DNA of 64,000 nt from a bacterium (lineage in GTDB: Bacteria; Zhuqueibacterota; Zhuqueibacteria; Residuimicrobiales; Krinioviventaceae), in assembly GCA_963675755.2 (NCBI GenBank), contig CAXXMD010000003.1:3008001-3072000 (forward strand), given 5' to 3'. Under the pieces are notes generated by a model. It saw only the letters and a list, made by a program, of their open reading frames with translations, had not been told where the DNA came from and ran no database searches. Position 1 is the first letter of the stretch; each line of letters opens with the position of its first letter. Shown here piece after piece: positions 46,605 to 56,210 of this stretch. A program made the position numbers and the translations under genes.

Positions 46605-47489
46605 TTATTGCCCCGTTGTTCCGGTAAAAGGAACCGGCAGGGGAGAGCGAACGTGCAAATCTCTTTGCGGAAAAGGAATTTCTATCTGATGCTCTCTGAA
46701 TTTTCGTACAATGTCGCAATTGATATCCGATCTTACATAATAATGTCGTTTGGGATCCTTGATCCATACACGCAGCATAAGGTTCCATGAAGAATCTCCA
46801 AACTCCATAAACAACACTTCGGGGGCAGGAAATTTCAATACTTCATCATTTTCTTCTGCTACTTGTTTAAGAACCGATAAAACCAGGTCAAGATCGGAAT
46901 TGTACGATACGCCAATATTCAAATCAAGCCTGACTTTTGGGTCACCATGTGACCAGTTGACAACATTTGACGAAATGAATTCAGTATTGGGGACGATATA
47001 AGAGATGTTGTTGAGTGAGCGAATGGTTGTAGATCGAATATTTATTTCCGTTACATCACCTTCTGTGTCTCCAACAGTTATCCGGTCACCCACTTTGATT
47101 GGTTGTTCAAATAATAATATAAGTCCTGATATAAAATTAGAGGTTATGTTTTGTAAACCAAAACCAATACCAACAGATAACAAACCAAATATGACAGCCA
47201 ATCCGCTAAGATTGATGCCAATACTGTTAAATGCAAAGACAGCGCCTATAATGACAAGTATGTATTCGAATATACGCATCATCACATAGCGTTTTCCTTC
47301 CTGAATGTGAAACCGGGAAAGAACTTTATCCGAAAACCAGCGTGTGGTTGTTTTGGAAAGGTATAAGAATATCCCAAATATCAGAATAAATTTAACAAGA
47401 GAACTGAGGGAGATTTTTGTATCACCCAATGAGAATAGTACAAAGTTTAAAACATCATTGAATTTTTGTAAAATATCGCCCAAACTCAT
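46605..47489 (-). CDS. mscS: Small-conductance mechanosensitive channel
   Basis: GIGFGLQNITSNFISG, P.KVGD, VPN...S..V.NWS and IEIPFPQ motifs. Confidence 0.92.
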   Translation of the reverse strand: MSLGDILQKFNDVLNFVLFSLGDTKISLSSLVKFILIFGIFLYLSKTTTRWFSDKVLSRFHIQEGKRYVMMRIFEYILVIIGAVFAFNSIGINLSGLAVIFGLLSVGIGFGLQNITSNFISGLILLFEQPIKVGDRITVGDTEGDVTEINIRSTTIRSLNNISYIVPNTEFISSNVVNWSHGDPKVRLDLNIGVSYNSDLDLVLSVLKQVAEENDEVLKFPAPEVLFMEFGDSSWNLMLRVWIKDPKRHYYVRSDINCDIVRKFREHQIEIPFPQRDLHVRSPLPVPFTGTTGQ

Positions 47490-47548
47490 GAATGAACTCC
47501 TCTTTTAGTAATCATTAGATGTTGACCATCTATCTTTTGAAAAATAAC

Positions 47549-47577
47549 TTGACTTTTCCAAATGAATTTGATATTAT
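47549..47577 (+). promoter_or_regulatory. sigma70 promoter of tRNA-Gly
   Basis: TTGACT-17 nt-TATTAT with extended TGn, ending 10 nt before the tRNA. Confidence 0.75.
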
Positions 47578-47587
47578 TGGTCTCGCT

Positions 47588-47659
47588 GCGGGAGTAATTC
47601 AGCGGTAGAATGCAAGCTTCCCAAGCTTGACGTTGCGGGTTCGACTCCCGTCTCCCGCT
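47588..47659 (+). tRNA. tRNA-Gly (anticodon CCC); CCA end not encoded
   Basis: Acceptor stem GCGGGAG/CTCCCGC, anticodon arm CAAGC-TTCCCAA-GCTTG, T arm GGTTCGACTCC. Confidence 0.96.
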
Positions 47660-47667
47660 CAAAAGAG

Positions 47668-47705
47668 AAAACGCCTTTTGCTATAATTGCAAAAGGCGTT
47701 TTTTT
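47668..47705. terminator. Bidirectional terminator between tRNA-Gly and ackA
   Basis: aaaacgccttttgc-tataatt-gcaaaaggcgttttttt. Confidence 0.88.
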
Positions 47706-47712
47706 GTATAAA

Positions 47713-48906
47713 TTATGCAGCTTGCAAGATTTTCATTGTATCTCTAGCGATCGCCAATTCTTCATTGGTTGGTATAACCAGTACCCGTGTTGAACCTGTT
47801 CCTAAATCAAAATCATTGTTTTCGTTTTTATCAGGATCAAAGCTGATACCAAAATGTTCCATGTTTGACAGAATAATGTTACGGCAATAGGGTGATCGCT
47901 CTCCAATTCCTGCAGTAAAGACCAACGCATCCAAACCACCTAGAATTGCATAATATGCACCAATATATTTTTTAATTCTGTGACAAAAAATCTCTAATGC
48001 GAGTATATATTTTTCTATTCCGGCCATTGCTTCATCTTCAATATCACGAAAATCGCTCATACCTTCTGTAAGTCCCAGCATACCGCTCTTTTTGTTCAAC
48101 AGGTTATCTACCTGTTCAACAGACATATTCTTCAATGTAGCAATATACAAAACAAGTGCAGGATCAATATCACCACAGCGGGTACCCATAACCAATCCTT
48201 CAAGTGGGGTAAAACCCATGCTGGTTTCTACAGATTTACCGCCATCAATAGCTGTTACACTTGCTCCATTACCCAGGTGGCATGAAATGATCTTCATATC
48301 TTCAAGCGGTTTACCTACATATTCGGCAGCCTGGTTCGCTACAAAATTATGAGAGGTTCCGTGAAATCCATATCGTCTGATTTTGTCATATTTATAATAA
48401 TCCAGGGGTAGAGCATACATGTGAGCTTTGGGTGGTATAGAGTTGTGAAATGCAGTATCAAATACGCCTACCTGAGGTACACCAGACAGCTGTTCTTCAC
48501 AAACTTCAATCCCTTTAAGATTGTGTGGATTGTGCAAAGGTGCAAATTGGATACATCTTCTAACACCTTCTTTAACATTGTTATCAATGCGAACGGATTT
48601 GACAAATTCTTCACCACCATGTACGATACGGTGACCTATTCCTGAAATTTCGGATTGATCTTTGATTACTCCGTTTTCAGGATCCATTAATGTTTTAATA
48701 ACCAATCCAATAGCCACACTGTGGTCAGCAATTTCACGTGTATCTGTAATATTTTTTTTGCCTTCTACAGCGGGTTTATATTTCAGAATGGCGTCTTTGG
48801 CACCTATACGCTCAACCTGACCCTTTGCGACAACGCTTTCATCACTCATATCAATCAATTGATATTTTATAGAAGAGCTGCCGCAGTTTAGAACTAAAAT
48901 GTTCAT
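47713..48906 (-). CDS. ackA: Acetate kinase
   Basis: LVLNCGSSSIK, GHRIVHGG, APLHNP, FDTAFH, RRYGFHGTSH, HLGNGAS, TNEELAIA motifs. Confidence 0.97.
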   Translation of the reverse strand: MNILVLNCGSSSIKYQLIDMSDESVVAKGQVERIGAKDAILKYKPAVEGKKNITDTREIADHSVAIGLVIKTLMDPENGVIKDQSEISGIGHRIVHGGEEFVKSVRIDNNVKEGVRRCIQFAPLHNPHNLKGIEVCEEQLSGVPQVGVFDTAFHNSIPPKAHMYALPLDYYKYDKIRRYGFHGTSHNFVANQAAEYVGKPLEDMKIISCHLGNGASVTAIDGGKSVETSMGFTPLEGLVMGTRCGDIDPALVLYIATLKNMSVEQVDNLLNKKSGMLGLTEGMSDFRDIEDEAMAGIEKYILALEIFCHRIKKYIGAYYAILGGLDALVFTAGIGERSPYCRNIILSNMEHFGISFDPDKNENNDFDLGTGSTRVLVIPTNEELAIARDTMKILQAA

Positions 48907-49117
48907 CAATAACTCCAAATCTTTTATCGCTATAAGAATATTATAATTAATAAATAATTTAAATGAAATTTAGCAAAAATTTGTAAAATATCAAGTAAAG
49001 TTTTTTTACTGTTTTTATTAAACATGAGCGGAATTTAAAAAACAATTTGTAATCTATTTTCATTATTATTAAATTCATTGGAAATCTATAAACATTCACT
49101 AACTGGTTGTTTTTCTT

Positions 49118-49756
49118 ATGAAAGTACTGATTGCTGAAGATGACGATGTTTCAAGACGTATTTTGGAATACTGGCTCAAAAAATGGGGTTATGAAGTATT
49201 AATTGCCCACAATGGAAAACAGGCATGGGATGTTTTGAATCAGGATGATGCTCCTAGGTTGGCAATATTAGACTGGGTTATGCCTGAAATGGATGGGTTG
49301 GAAGTATGTAAAAAGGTCCGAGAAAAGTGGGATGAAGGTTATATTTATATTATTATTCTGACTTCCAAAGAGAGCAAACAGGACATCATTCAAGCTTTGA
49401 ATTCAGGTGCTGATGATTTTATCCAAAAACCCTATTATCAGGGTGAACTTCAAAGTAGAATAAACGCTGGGCGTAGAATTATCGAATTGCAGCTGGCATT
49501 GTCTGCAAAAATACAGAGTCTTGAAGAAGCGTTAAATCATGTCCGGCAATTACAGGGATTGTTGCCTATTTGTTCGTATTGTAAAAAAGTAAGAGATGAT
49601 AATAACTATTGGCACCAGGTGGAAGAATATATAACCCATCATTCCGATGCTAAATTTAGTCATGGTATTTGTCCTGATTGTTATGAACAATATGTAAAGC
49701 AGGATCTAAAAGAGTTACGAGAAGAAAAATCCAGGCAAAAACTAGCTAAAGAATAA
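49118..49756 (+). CDS. Response regulator with C-terminal Cys4 zinc-ribbon-like output domain
   Basis: Intact REC domain (AEDD, LDW.MP.MDG, T, KP); LLPICSYCKKVRD and FSHGICPDC. Confidence 0.88.
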   Translation: MKVLIAEDDDVSRRILEYWLKKWGYEVLIAHNGKQAWDVLNQDDAPRLAILDWVMPEMDGLEVCKKVREKWDEGYIYIIILTSKESKQDIIQALNSGADDFIQKPYYQGELQSRINAGRRIIELQLALSAKIQSLEEALNHVRQLQGLLPICSYCKKVRDDNNYWHQVEEYITHHSDAKFSHGICPDCYEQYVKQDLKELREEKSRQKLAKE

Positions 49757-49802
49757 CACCCCTCTTTTCGTTTTCCAATTGATTTGATAAAGAAGGAGTA
49801 TT

Positions 49803-51401
49803 TTGGTGAAATTATTATATAATTTTATATTGACTATATTTATTACCTTGCCGGCTTTTGCGCAGGTTGCAGAAAAACCGGACTGGGTAGCAGGCAGACC
49901 AGATGGCTGCACATCTATAACAGTTGGACGTAAAGCATCTGATGGGGGATGGGTTTCAACTTCACACACGTGTGACAGTCACCGTACCCGTTCTTGGTTG
50001 GATATTACACCAGCCAAAGCTCATGTGTCTGGAACCAAAGTAGATATGTTAAAACGTGAAAATGATGATTCCAGGGCAATGCCCACTTATAAAAAAGTTA
50101 AAGTAGGTTCCATACCTCAGGTAGATTCCACCTATTCATTTATCAATACTGCATATCCCTGCATGAATGAATATCAATTGGCAATTGGAGAGTCAACTTT
50201 TGGTGGTCGAGAGACATTACAATCAGATAATGGATTGATTGATTGTCAGCAATTGGTGCAATTGATGCTTGAACGCTGCAAAACTGCTAGACAGGCAATC
50301 AATATGACTGGTAACCTGCTTGCATTGTATGGATGGAATGATGCAGGTGAGTGTCTTACTATTGCAGATACCAAAGAAGTTTGGCATCTTGAAATTGTAG
50401 GGCCTGGTAAAGGTAACAGAGGAGCCGTTTGGGTAGCACAGCGCGTACCGGATGACCATATATCTGTTAACGCAAACGCAAGCCGTATCCGAAAGGTTAA
50501 TGTAAAGGATACCAATTATTTTTTAGCGTCATCCAATCTTACCAAAGTTGCTCAAGATAGTGGATGGTGGAACCCCAGTCAGGGCGAGTTTGAATTTTGT
50601 TACGCCTATGATCCTGATGGTCGACGTTCAATTGCTGCCAGACGTCGTGAATGGCGGGTGTTGACTATGGCTGCTCCTTCTTTGGATGTTGATCCGAATG
50701 ATAAAGATTTCCCCTTTTCTGTCAAGCCCGATTCGCTCATTACTTTACAAAAATTGGTAGAGATATTTCGGGATTATTATGAAGGCACAGAATATAATTT
50801 TGTTAAAAATATAACCCAGGCAGATTCTACCGGTAAACAGGTGATATCACCTTTTGCCAATCCATTTATGCCTTATGAAATGAATAAACTTTTCAACGTC
50901 AATGGCGGGTGGAATGAATTGGGAGAACGTACTATTGCTCGCTGGTACACGATGTATGCAACTATAACCCAATCCCGGGACTGGATGCCGGATGAAATAG
51001 GCGGCGTTGTGTGGTTGGCCTTTGATAATGTTGCCTCGTCAATATATACACCTATTTATTGCGGCAATAGTGATGTACCAAAATCTTTTAAAACCCCAGG
51101 ACGGCAGAATGGATATACACGGGATTCTGCGTGGTGGGCGTTTAATCGCCTTGGAACGCTTGCCGCTCAGCGCTGGGGTGATATGCGTCATGATGTTGCG
51201 AATGTCTGGTACCCCATGCAGGAAGAGTTGTTTGATAAACAGCAACAGCTTGAAATAGAGGCCCTGTTATTATTTGATCAGGATCCTCAAAAAGCCATTA
51301 ATATGTTAAACAAGTATAGTATGGATTGGGGAAACAAGGTAGTTGATCGTTGCTGGAAACTGGGTGACGAACTGTGGACAAAATATGATGAAAAATTTTA
51401 A
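49803..51401 (+). CDS. Secreted peptidase family C69 (dipeptidase, Ntn hydrolase)
   Basis: Signal peptide; CTSI.VG..AS.DG nucleophile, MNE.QL.IGE, WVAQRVPDD and SAWWAF motifs. Confidence 0.88.
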   Translation: MVKLLYNFILTIFITLPAFAQVAEKPDWVAGRPDGCTSITVGRKASDGGWVSTSHTCDSHRTRSWLDITPAKAHVSGTKVDMLKRENDDSRAMPTYKKVKVGSIPQVDSTYSFINTAYPCMNEYQLAIGESTFGGRETLQSDNGLIDCQQLVQLMLERCKTARQAINMTGNLLALYGWNDAGECLTIADTKEVWHLEIVGPGKGNRGAVWVAQRVPDDHISVNANASRIRKVNVKDTNYFLASSNLTKVAQDSGWWNPSQGEFEFCYAYDPDGRRSIAARRREWRVLTMAAPSLDVDPNDKDFPFSVKPDSLITLQKLVEIFRDYYEGTEYNFVKNITQADSTGKQVISPFANPFMPYEMNKLFNVNGGWNELGERTIARWYTMYATITQSRDWMPDEIGGVVWLAFDNVASSIYTPIYCGNSDVPKSFKTPGRQNGYTRDSAWWAFNRLGTLAAQRWGDMRHDVANVWYPMQEELFDKQQQLEIEALLLFDQDPQKAINMLNKYSMDWGNKVVDRCWKLGDELWTKYDEKF

Positions 51402-51428
51402 GCCGGAATTAAATTCCGGCTTTTTTTT
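51400..51428. terminator. Terminator between convergent genes
   Basis: aagccggaatt-a-aattccggctt followed by T8. Confidence 0.8.
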
Positions 51429-52821
51429 ACATATCCAGATCAAAACTTTGTCCAAATTGCGGTACGGTAACATTCCAGCCAAATTTATCTCTAATTTTTT
51501 GAGCCATAGATTCAGATGATTCAGGTTCGCCATGTACAATAAATGTCTGTAACGGCGGACGGTTAAAGCCTGACAGCCATGCAAGTATTTCATTGTAATC
51601 CGCATGACCAGAGTATCCACTCATGCTTTCCACTTTGGCTTTTACGGGTATTTGTTCGCCATGAATTTTGACAGTCTCGTGGCCTTCCATCAAGGTTCTG
51701 CCGCGCGTTCCTTCGGCCTGGTATCCTACCAGTAACACAGTATTCTTGGGATTAGGTAAACGTTCTTCCATATGGTGCAGAATTCGTCCACCTGTTAACA
51801 TACCGCTTGCCGATATAATAATAGCATTCTTTTTAACAGAATTGATTGCAATAGATTCTTCTCTGGATCTGCAGATGTTTAGATGTTGTGGATGCAATAC
51901 ATTTTTGCCTTCCATGATTTCCGTACGGGTAACAAGATCAAACTCTGCAGGATGATGTTCAAAAACATCTGTGGTACGTATTGCCATAGGAGAGTCTACA
52001 TAAATCTGCAATGCCGGAATTTTACCCTCTTCTTCAAGCTGACGGATTACATAGAGTAGTGTTTGTGTGCGTCCTACGGCAAATGCGGGTATAACCAGTA
52101 CACCACCACGATCTATACTTTCATTGATAATTCTGCTTAATTCTTCAGTAGGATTACCCGGTTCATGTAAACGTTGACCATATGTTGATTCTAATACAAG
52201 ATAATCTATATTGAATACCTGAGTGGGGTCTTGTAAAATCGGGCGTTCAGGGCGACCAATGTCTCCACTGAATAATATCTTTTTGGCTTCACTGTTGTGA
52301 CGGGTTTTAAACTCTATAAAGGATGAACCTAAAATATGTCCGGCATCTTTAAATTTGACGCGTGTATCCTCATCAATATAAAAATCTTCACCATAATATT
52401 TTGGCTGTAACAAAGTTAATGTTTGTTCAGCATCTTCAGTGGTATAAAGGGGGAGGGCAGGTGAGTGTTTGGAATAACCTTTTTTATTTGCCCATTTTGC
52501 ATCTTCTTCGTGTAGATGCGCGCTGTCTAATAACATGATTTTGACCAGCTCTGAGGTCGAGTGGGTACTGTGAACCTGTCCTCTAAAACCTTCTTTTACC
52601 AGGCGGGGTAAAAATCCTGAATGGTCAATATGCGCGTGTGTTAGAAAAACCCTGTCAATTTGGTTTGCGGGGACTGGAAAGGGATCCCAGTTTTTCTCTC
52701 GAATTTCTTTGCGGCCCTGGAACATTCCGCAATCAATTAGAAATTTATAGTCATCAAGTTCCAGGAAATGTCGTGAGCCTGTTACTGTGCCTGTAGCTCC
52801 GTAAAAAGTGATTTTTGACAA
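51427..52821 (-). CDS. MBL-fold beta-CASP ribonuclease (YSH1-like)
   Basis: THAHIDHSG, AGHILGS, ESTYG, PAFAVGR, SGHAD and VHGE motifs; TTG start after AGGAGG. Confidence 0.93.
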   Translation of the reverse strand: MSKITFYGATGTVTGSRHFLELDDYKFLIDCGMFQGRKEIREKNWDPFPVPANQIDRVFLTHAHIDHSGFLPRLVKEGFRGQVHSTHSTSELVKIMLLDSAHLHEEDAKWANKKGYSKHSPALPLYTTEDAEQTLTLLQPKYYGEDFYIDEDTRVKFKDAGHILGSSFIEFKTRHNSEAKKILFSGDIGRPERPILQDPTQVFNIDYLVLESTYGQRLHEPGNPTEELSRIINESIDRGGVLVIPAFAVGRTQTLLYVIRQLEEEGKIPALQIYVDSPMAIRTTDVFEHHPAEFDLVTRTEIMEGKNVLHPQHLNICRSREESIAINSVKKNAIIISASGMLTGGRILHHMEERLPNPKNTVLLVGYQAEGTRGRTLMEGHETVKIHGEQIPVKAKVESMSGYSGHADYNEILAWLSGFNRPPLQTFIVHGEPESSESMAQKIRDKFGWNVTVPQFGQSFDLDM

Positions 52822-52954
52822 AACATTCCTCCTGTTTTCGTTATTGCATATAGTAAGGGTTTATATACTTAAATGCCATAAAAAATTTATTGTATATGTT
52901 GTTAAAATTGGTTATAAATAAAGCGGTGTTTGTTTACAGTTATTAGAGGATGAT

Positions 52955-53689
52955 TTGAGAGATACAATTTATTCTACACCTCAGGAACAGGTTTCCGGGT
53001 TTGTATTTGATGATAAAGTTGCAAATGTTTTTCCGGATATGATTAAACGTTCTGTTCCGGGATATGGTGATATTATTAATATGCTGCCGGTTTTAACGCG
53101 TTATTATGTTAAAGCCAACACGCGCCTATATGATTTGGGCAGTTCTTTGGGGGCATCAACATTTGCAATGCAATATGGAGTTGATAAACCCGGATGCCGT
53201 ATAATCTCTGTTGATAATTCATTGGCAATGCTTGAAAAATCTCTGGAATTAACCCAGACAGGTTCAGCAACACAACTTGCTGAAATTGACAGGATCTGTG
53301 CAGATATTCGGGATGTAAAATTCAGTAATGCCTCAGTAGTGGTTATGAATTTTACTTTACAGTTTATAGATCCTGAAAACAATAATCGTGAAAAGTTGAT
53401 TAAAACGATATTTGATGGAATGATTTCTGGCGGAGTATTAATTATTTCTGAAAAAATACATTTCCCTAATAGTATTGAACAGGAGAATATGACAAATTTA
53501 CATTTGGCTTTTAAGCGGTTTCAGGGCTACAGTGAACTTGAAATCCATCAAAAGCGGACTTCGTTGGAAAATGTGCTCTTGACGGATAGTGCTGAACAGC
53601 ATATTGAACGGTTAAAAAATACAGGATTTGGATACGTTCAGCAATGGTACCAGTCATTAAATTTTTGTTCATTTATGGCAGTTAAATGA
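52955..53689 (+). CDS. cmoA: Carboxy-S-adenosylmethionine synthase
   Basis: F.FD..VA.VFPDMI.RSVPGY, YDLG.S.GA, NFTLQF, SEK, KR.SLENV motifs. Confidence 0.93.
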   Translation: MRDTIYSTPQEQVSGFVFDDKVANVFPDMIKRSVPGYGDIINMLPVLTRYYVKANTRLYDLGSSLGASTFAMQYGVDKPGCRIISVDNSLAMLEKSLELTQTGSATQLAEIDRICADIRDVKFSNASVVVMNFTLQFIDPENNNREKLIKTIFDGMISGGVLIISEKIHFPNSIEQENMTNLHLAFKRFQGYSELEIHQKRTSLENVLLTDSAEQHIERLKNTGFGYVQQWYQSLNFCSFMAVK

Positions 53690-54660
53690 TGGATTATACG
53701 TCTTTATACAATTTTATGGATAATACCCGTCTGGCAGATTGGCGGGATTTATTAAAAAAACAGATCAATGAAGCACTTGATGAAACAAAAAATGGTGACC
53801 TTGAAAAGTGGAATACCATATTAAAATCGCTTCCATGTTCCAAGCCTACGCACATTGATCTGGATAAGGGAGCCATTCTTATTGGTGAACCCGATGATAC
53901 AACTAAAGAAAAACGCAAGTTCATTGAGCAGACCATGAGGCAGTTTCATCCATGGCGCAAGGGACCTTATTCTTTGTTTGGGATTCATATAGATACCGAA
54001 TGGCGCTCGGACTGGAAATGGGACCGTGTTAAAGATCATATTACTCCTTTAGAAGATCGAGTTGTGCTGGATGTTGGTAGTGGTAATGGATACCATGGCT
54101 GGCGTATGCTGGGAGCAGGTGCCAAACTTGTAATTGGAATTGATCCGTTTTTATTAAGTGTTGTACAGTATCATGCAATAAAGCATTTTATTGGTGATGA
54201 ACCCATGTATGTTGTACCGGTTGGTGTTGAAAAAATGCCTGAAAATCTTCAAGTGTTTGATACGGTTTTCTCCATGGGCGTTATGTATCATCGTCGCTCT
54301 CCTATTGATCATTTATATGAGTTGAAAAGCTTTCTACGGCCGGGAGGAGAACTGGTTCTGGAAACACTTGTAATAGATGGAGGCCCTGAAAAGGTACTGG
54401 TTCCTGAAGATCGCTATGCACAAATGCGCAATGTCTGGTTTATTCCTAGTTGTTTAACACTTGAAAGCTGGTTAAAGAGATGTGGGTTCAAAGATGTAAG
54501 ATGTGTAAATATCACAAAAACAACATTGGCTGAACAACGATCAACAGATTGGATGCAATGGGATTCGTTAGCGAATTTTCTGGATCCTGATAATCCCAAT
54601 TTGACTATTGAAGGGTACCCCGCGCCAGTCCGTGCAGTTTTTGTTGCAAATGTAGGCTAG
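53686..54660 (+). CDS. cmoB: tRNA U34 carboxymethyltransferase
   Basis: PWRKGP, IDTEWRSDWKW, FDTVFSMGV.YHRRSP, RYAQMRNVWF, EGYPAP motifs; ATGA overlap with cmoA. Confidence 0.95.
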   Translation: MMDYTSLYNFMDNTRLADWRDLLKKQINEALDETKNGDLEKWNTILKSLPCSKPTHIDLDKGAILIGEPDDTTKEKRKFIEQTMRQFHPWRKGPYSLFGIHIDTEWRSDWKWDRVKDHITPLEDRVVLDVGSGNGYHGWRMLGAGAKLVIGIDPFLLSVVQYHAIKHFIGDEPMYVVPVGVEKMPENLQVFDTVFSMGVMYHRRSPIDHLYELKSFLRPGGELVLETLVIDGGPEKVLVPEDRYAQMRNVWFIPSCLTLESWLKRCGFKDVRCVNITKTTLAEQRSTDWMQWDSLANFLDPDNPNLTIEGYPAPVRAVFVANVG

Positions 54661-54667
54661 ATATCAA

Positions 54668-55939
54668 TTATTGCCCGTTACTGAGAGAATCTGAATGTAT
54701 TGTGGTATGCGAAGGTGGAAATTGTTTCGTATCCAGAGATTCTATCAATACAAATTTTGAAGATTCTACAATTGCCTGTTTTATACCCATTACTTCTATA
54801 ATGATTTTAAAGCTGTTGGGCATATAGCCACAGCTTTCTACCAAATTGTTTTCAACGACCTTGAGCATATCCTTATCGGAAAGAAAATGTACAGCTTCTT
54901 TAACGCCTACTGTAAAAAAGCTGGATATGAGTATGATTGTATTCCCTCTGGGAGCTCTAATCTTGATAATCGTTACATAATCTTTATGGAGCATGTCCTC
55001 ATTGAATTCAGTAATAAAGGTTGTTGTGTCATTGTCTGAAAAATTGTAAATAATTCTGTCTCTATTATTAATTTTTAGATCCGCTTCTGAAATATAATTA
55101 GACAAGATACCCAAAGATCTGTTATTACCAATATAAACAATGTTTTGCTCGTCAATCAGGTTTGGTGTCAGTTTGGATGCCCGTCTGAGGACGAATTGTC
55201 TGGGCACAGAGTTCAGGACTTTGATAATTCCGGCCAGGGACCAAATTGTAGAATAGGGAAAGTAGGTTTGATCTGCTGCTCTGATTAAGCTTTTATCCTT
55301 GGGGAAGATGATGTCACCCATTTCTTCTTTGCTGTTGATCCAGGTATCTCTGATATGCACTGAACGTTTGTCGATCATTATGGGGTAATTGTAATAAAAG
55401 TGATCTCCACATACTATTACAGATTCTTTGTCTTTTGACATAAAACTGCCCCATATGGGATCTTTTTCATCAACAATTTGATAGTAATTTAATTGTTTCT
55501 CAGAACGATAAAATAAAACTGATAATGCAGCTATTATCAGTATACAAATTAGCAAAGCAATGTTTACAGGCTTAATTCTTGAGCCAAAGGGTTTTTTTTC
55601 TTTTTTAAAATCTCTTTCGGTGACCTTTATTACATAGTTCCCTTTAGGAATTTCAATAATATACTTGTCTGTTTTGCCTTCATTGTTGTAATAATCTTCA
55701 AGTTTTTTTCGAAGGTTGTGGATGTGTACTCGAACAAGTGGGTCTTCGCCGGGGATAAAGTTTTCATCTTTGTGAAAGACTTCTTGAGCAATGGTTACTT
55801 CTTTTGGAGAAATATCATTAATAGAACATTGCATTAGATATTCTAATAAAGATTTGCTATTCTTGCTGTTCTTGAATTGCTCACTTGATAGAATTGTTCC
55901 CTGTATATCATTCAATAATTTTTTATCTGCTTCTATCAT
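54668..55939 (-). CDS. Putative membrane-spanning one-component regulator (N-terminal wHTH-like, TM, periplasmic domain)
   Basis: S..F..S.....LL.YL, E..IA.EVF, DP.VRV....LRKKL..YY, I.IPKG.Y; single TM at about aa 125-144. Confidence 0.7.
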   Translation of the reverse strand: MIEADKKLLNDIQGTILSSEQFKNSKNSKSLLEYLMQCSINDISPKEVTIAQEVFHKDENFIPGEDPLVRVHIHNLRKKLEDYYNNEGKTDKYIIEIPKGNYVIKVTERDFKKEKKPFGSRIKPVNIALLICILIIAALSVLFYRSEKQLNYYQIVDEKDPIWGSFMSKDKESVIVCGDHFYYNYPIMIDKRSVHIRDTWINSKEEMGDIIFPKDKSLIRAADQTYFPYSTIWSLAGIIKVLNSVPRQFVLRRASKLTPNLIDEQNIVYIGNNRSLGILSNYISEADLKINNRDRIIYNFSDNDTTTFITEFNEDMLHKDYVTIIKIRAPRGNTIILISSFFTVGVKEAVHFLSDKDMLKVVENNLVESCGYMPNSFKIIIEVMGIKQAIVESSKFVLIESLDTKQFPPSHTTIHSDSLSNGQ

Positions 55940-56210
55940 GAAAGACTTTCATTTTTATATAAAAAATAAAATGGAATGAAAAATATTTAAAAAAATAAAT
56001 AGATATTGTTAATTAACAACTTTAACAAAGTAAGTAATTACTTTAAAAACAACAAGTATTTTTTTTAACATTGTTAGAGATGTTTTTTAACCGTTAATTT
56101 ACTTGTTTTGCATCGAATATGTTTATATTATTAACACATAATAATTTATGCCGTAGGAATTATTATGTTTGTTCTCCCACAATTAAAAGCCTCATCAACA
56201 AGGAGTGAAA

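Noticed and set aside
46594-46788. 65-aa N-terminal extension of TamA in the ORF track
   Set aside because: Overlaps mscS in another frame; the signal peptide begins at MESMFSKLF
47588-47705. tRNA-Gly as an island integration site
   Set aside because: No integrase and no duplicated tRNA 3' end noticed; flanked by housekeeping genes with its own promoter and terminator
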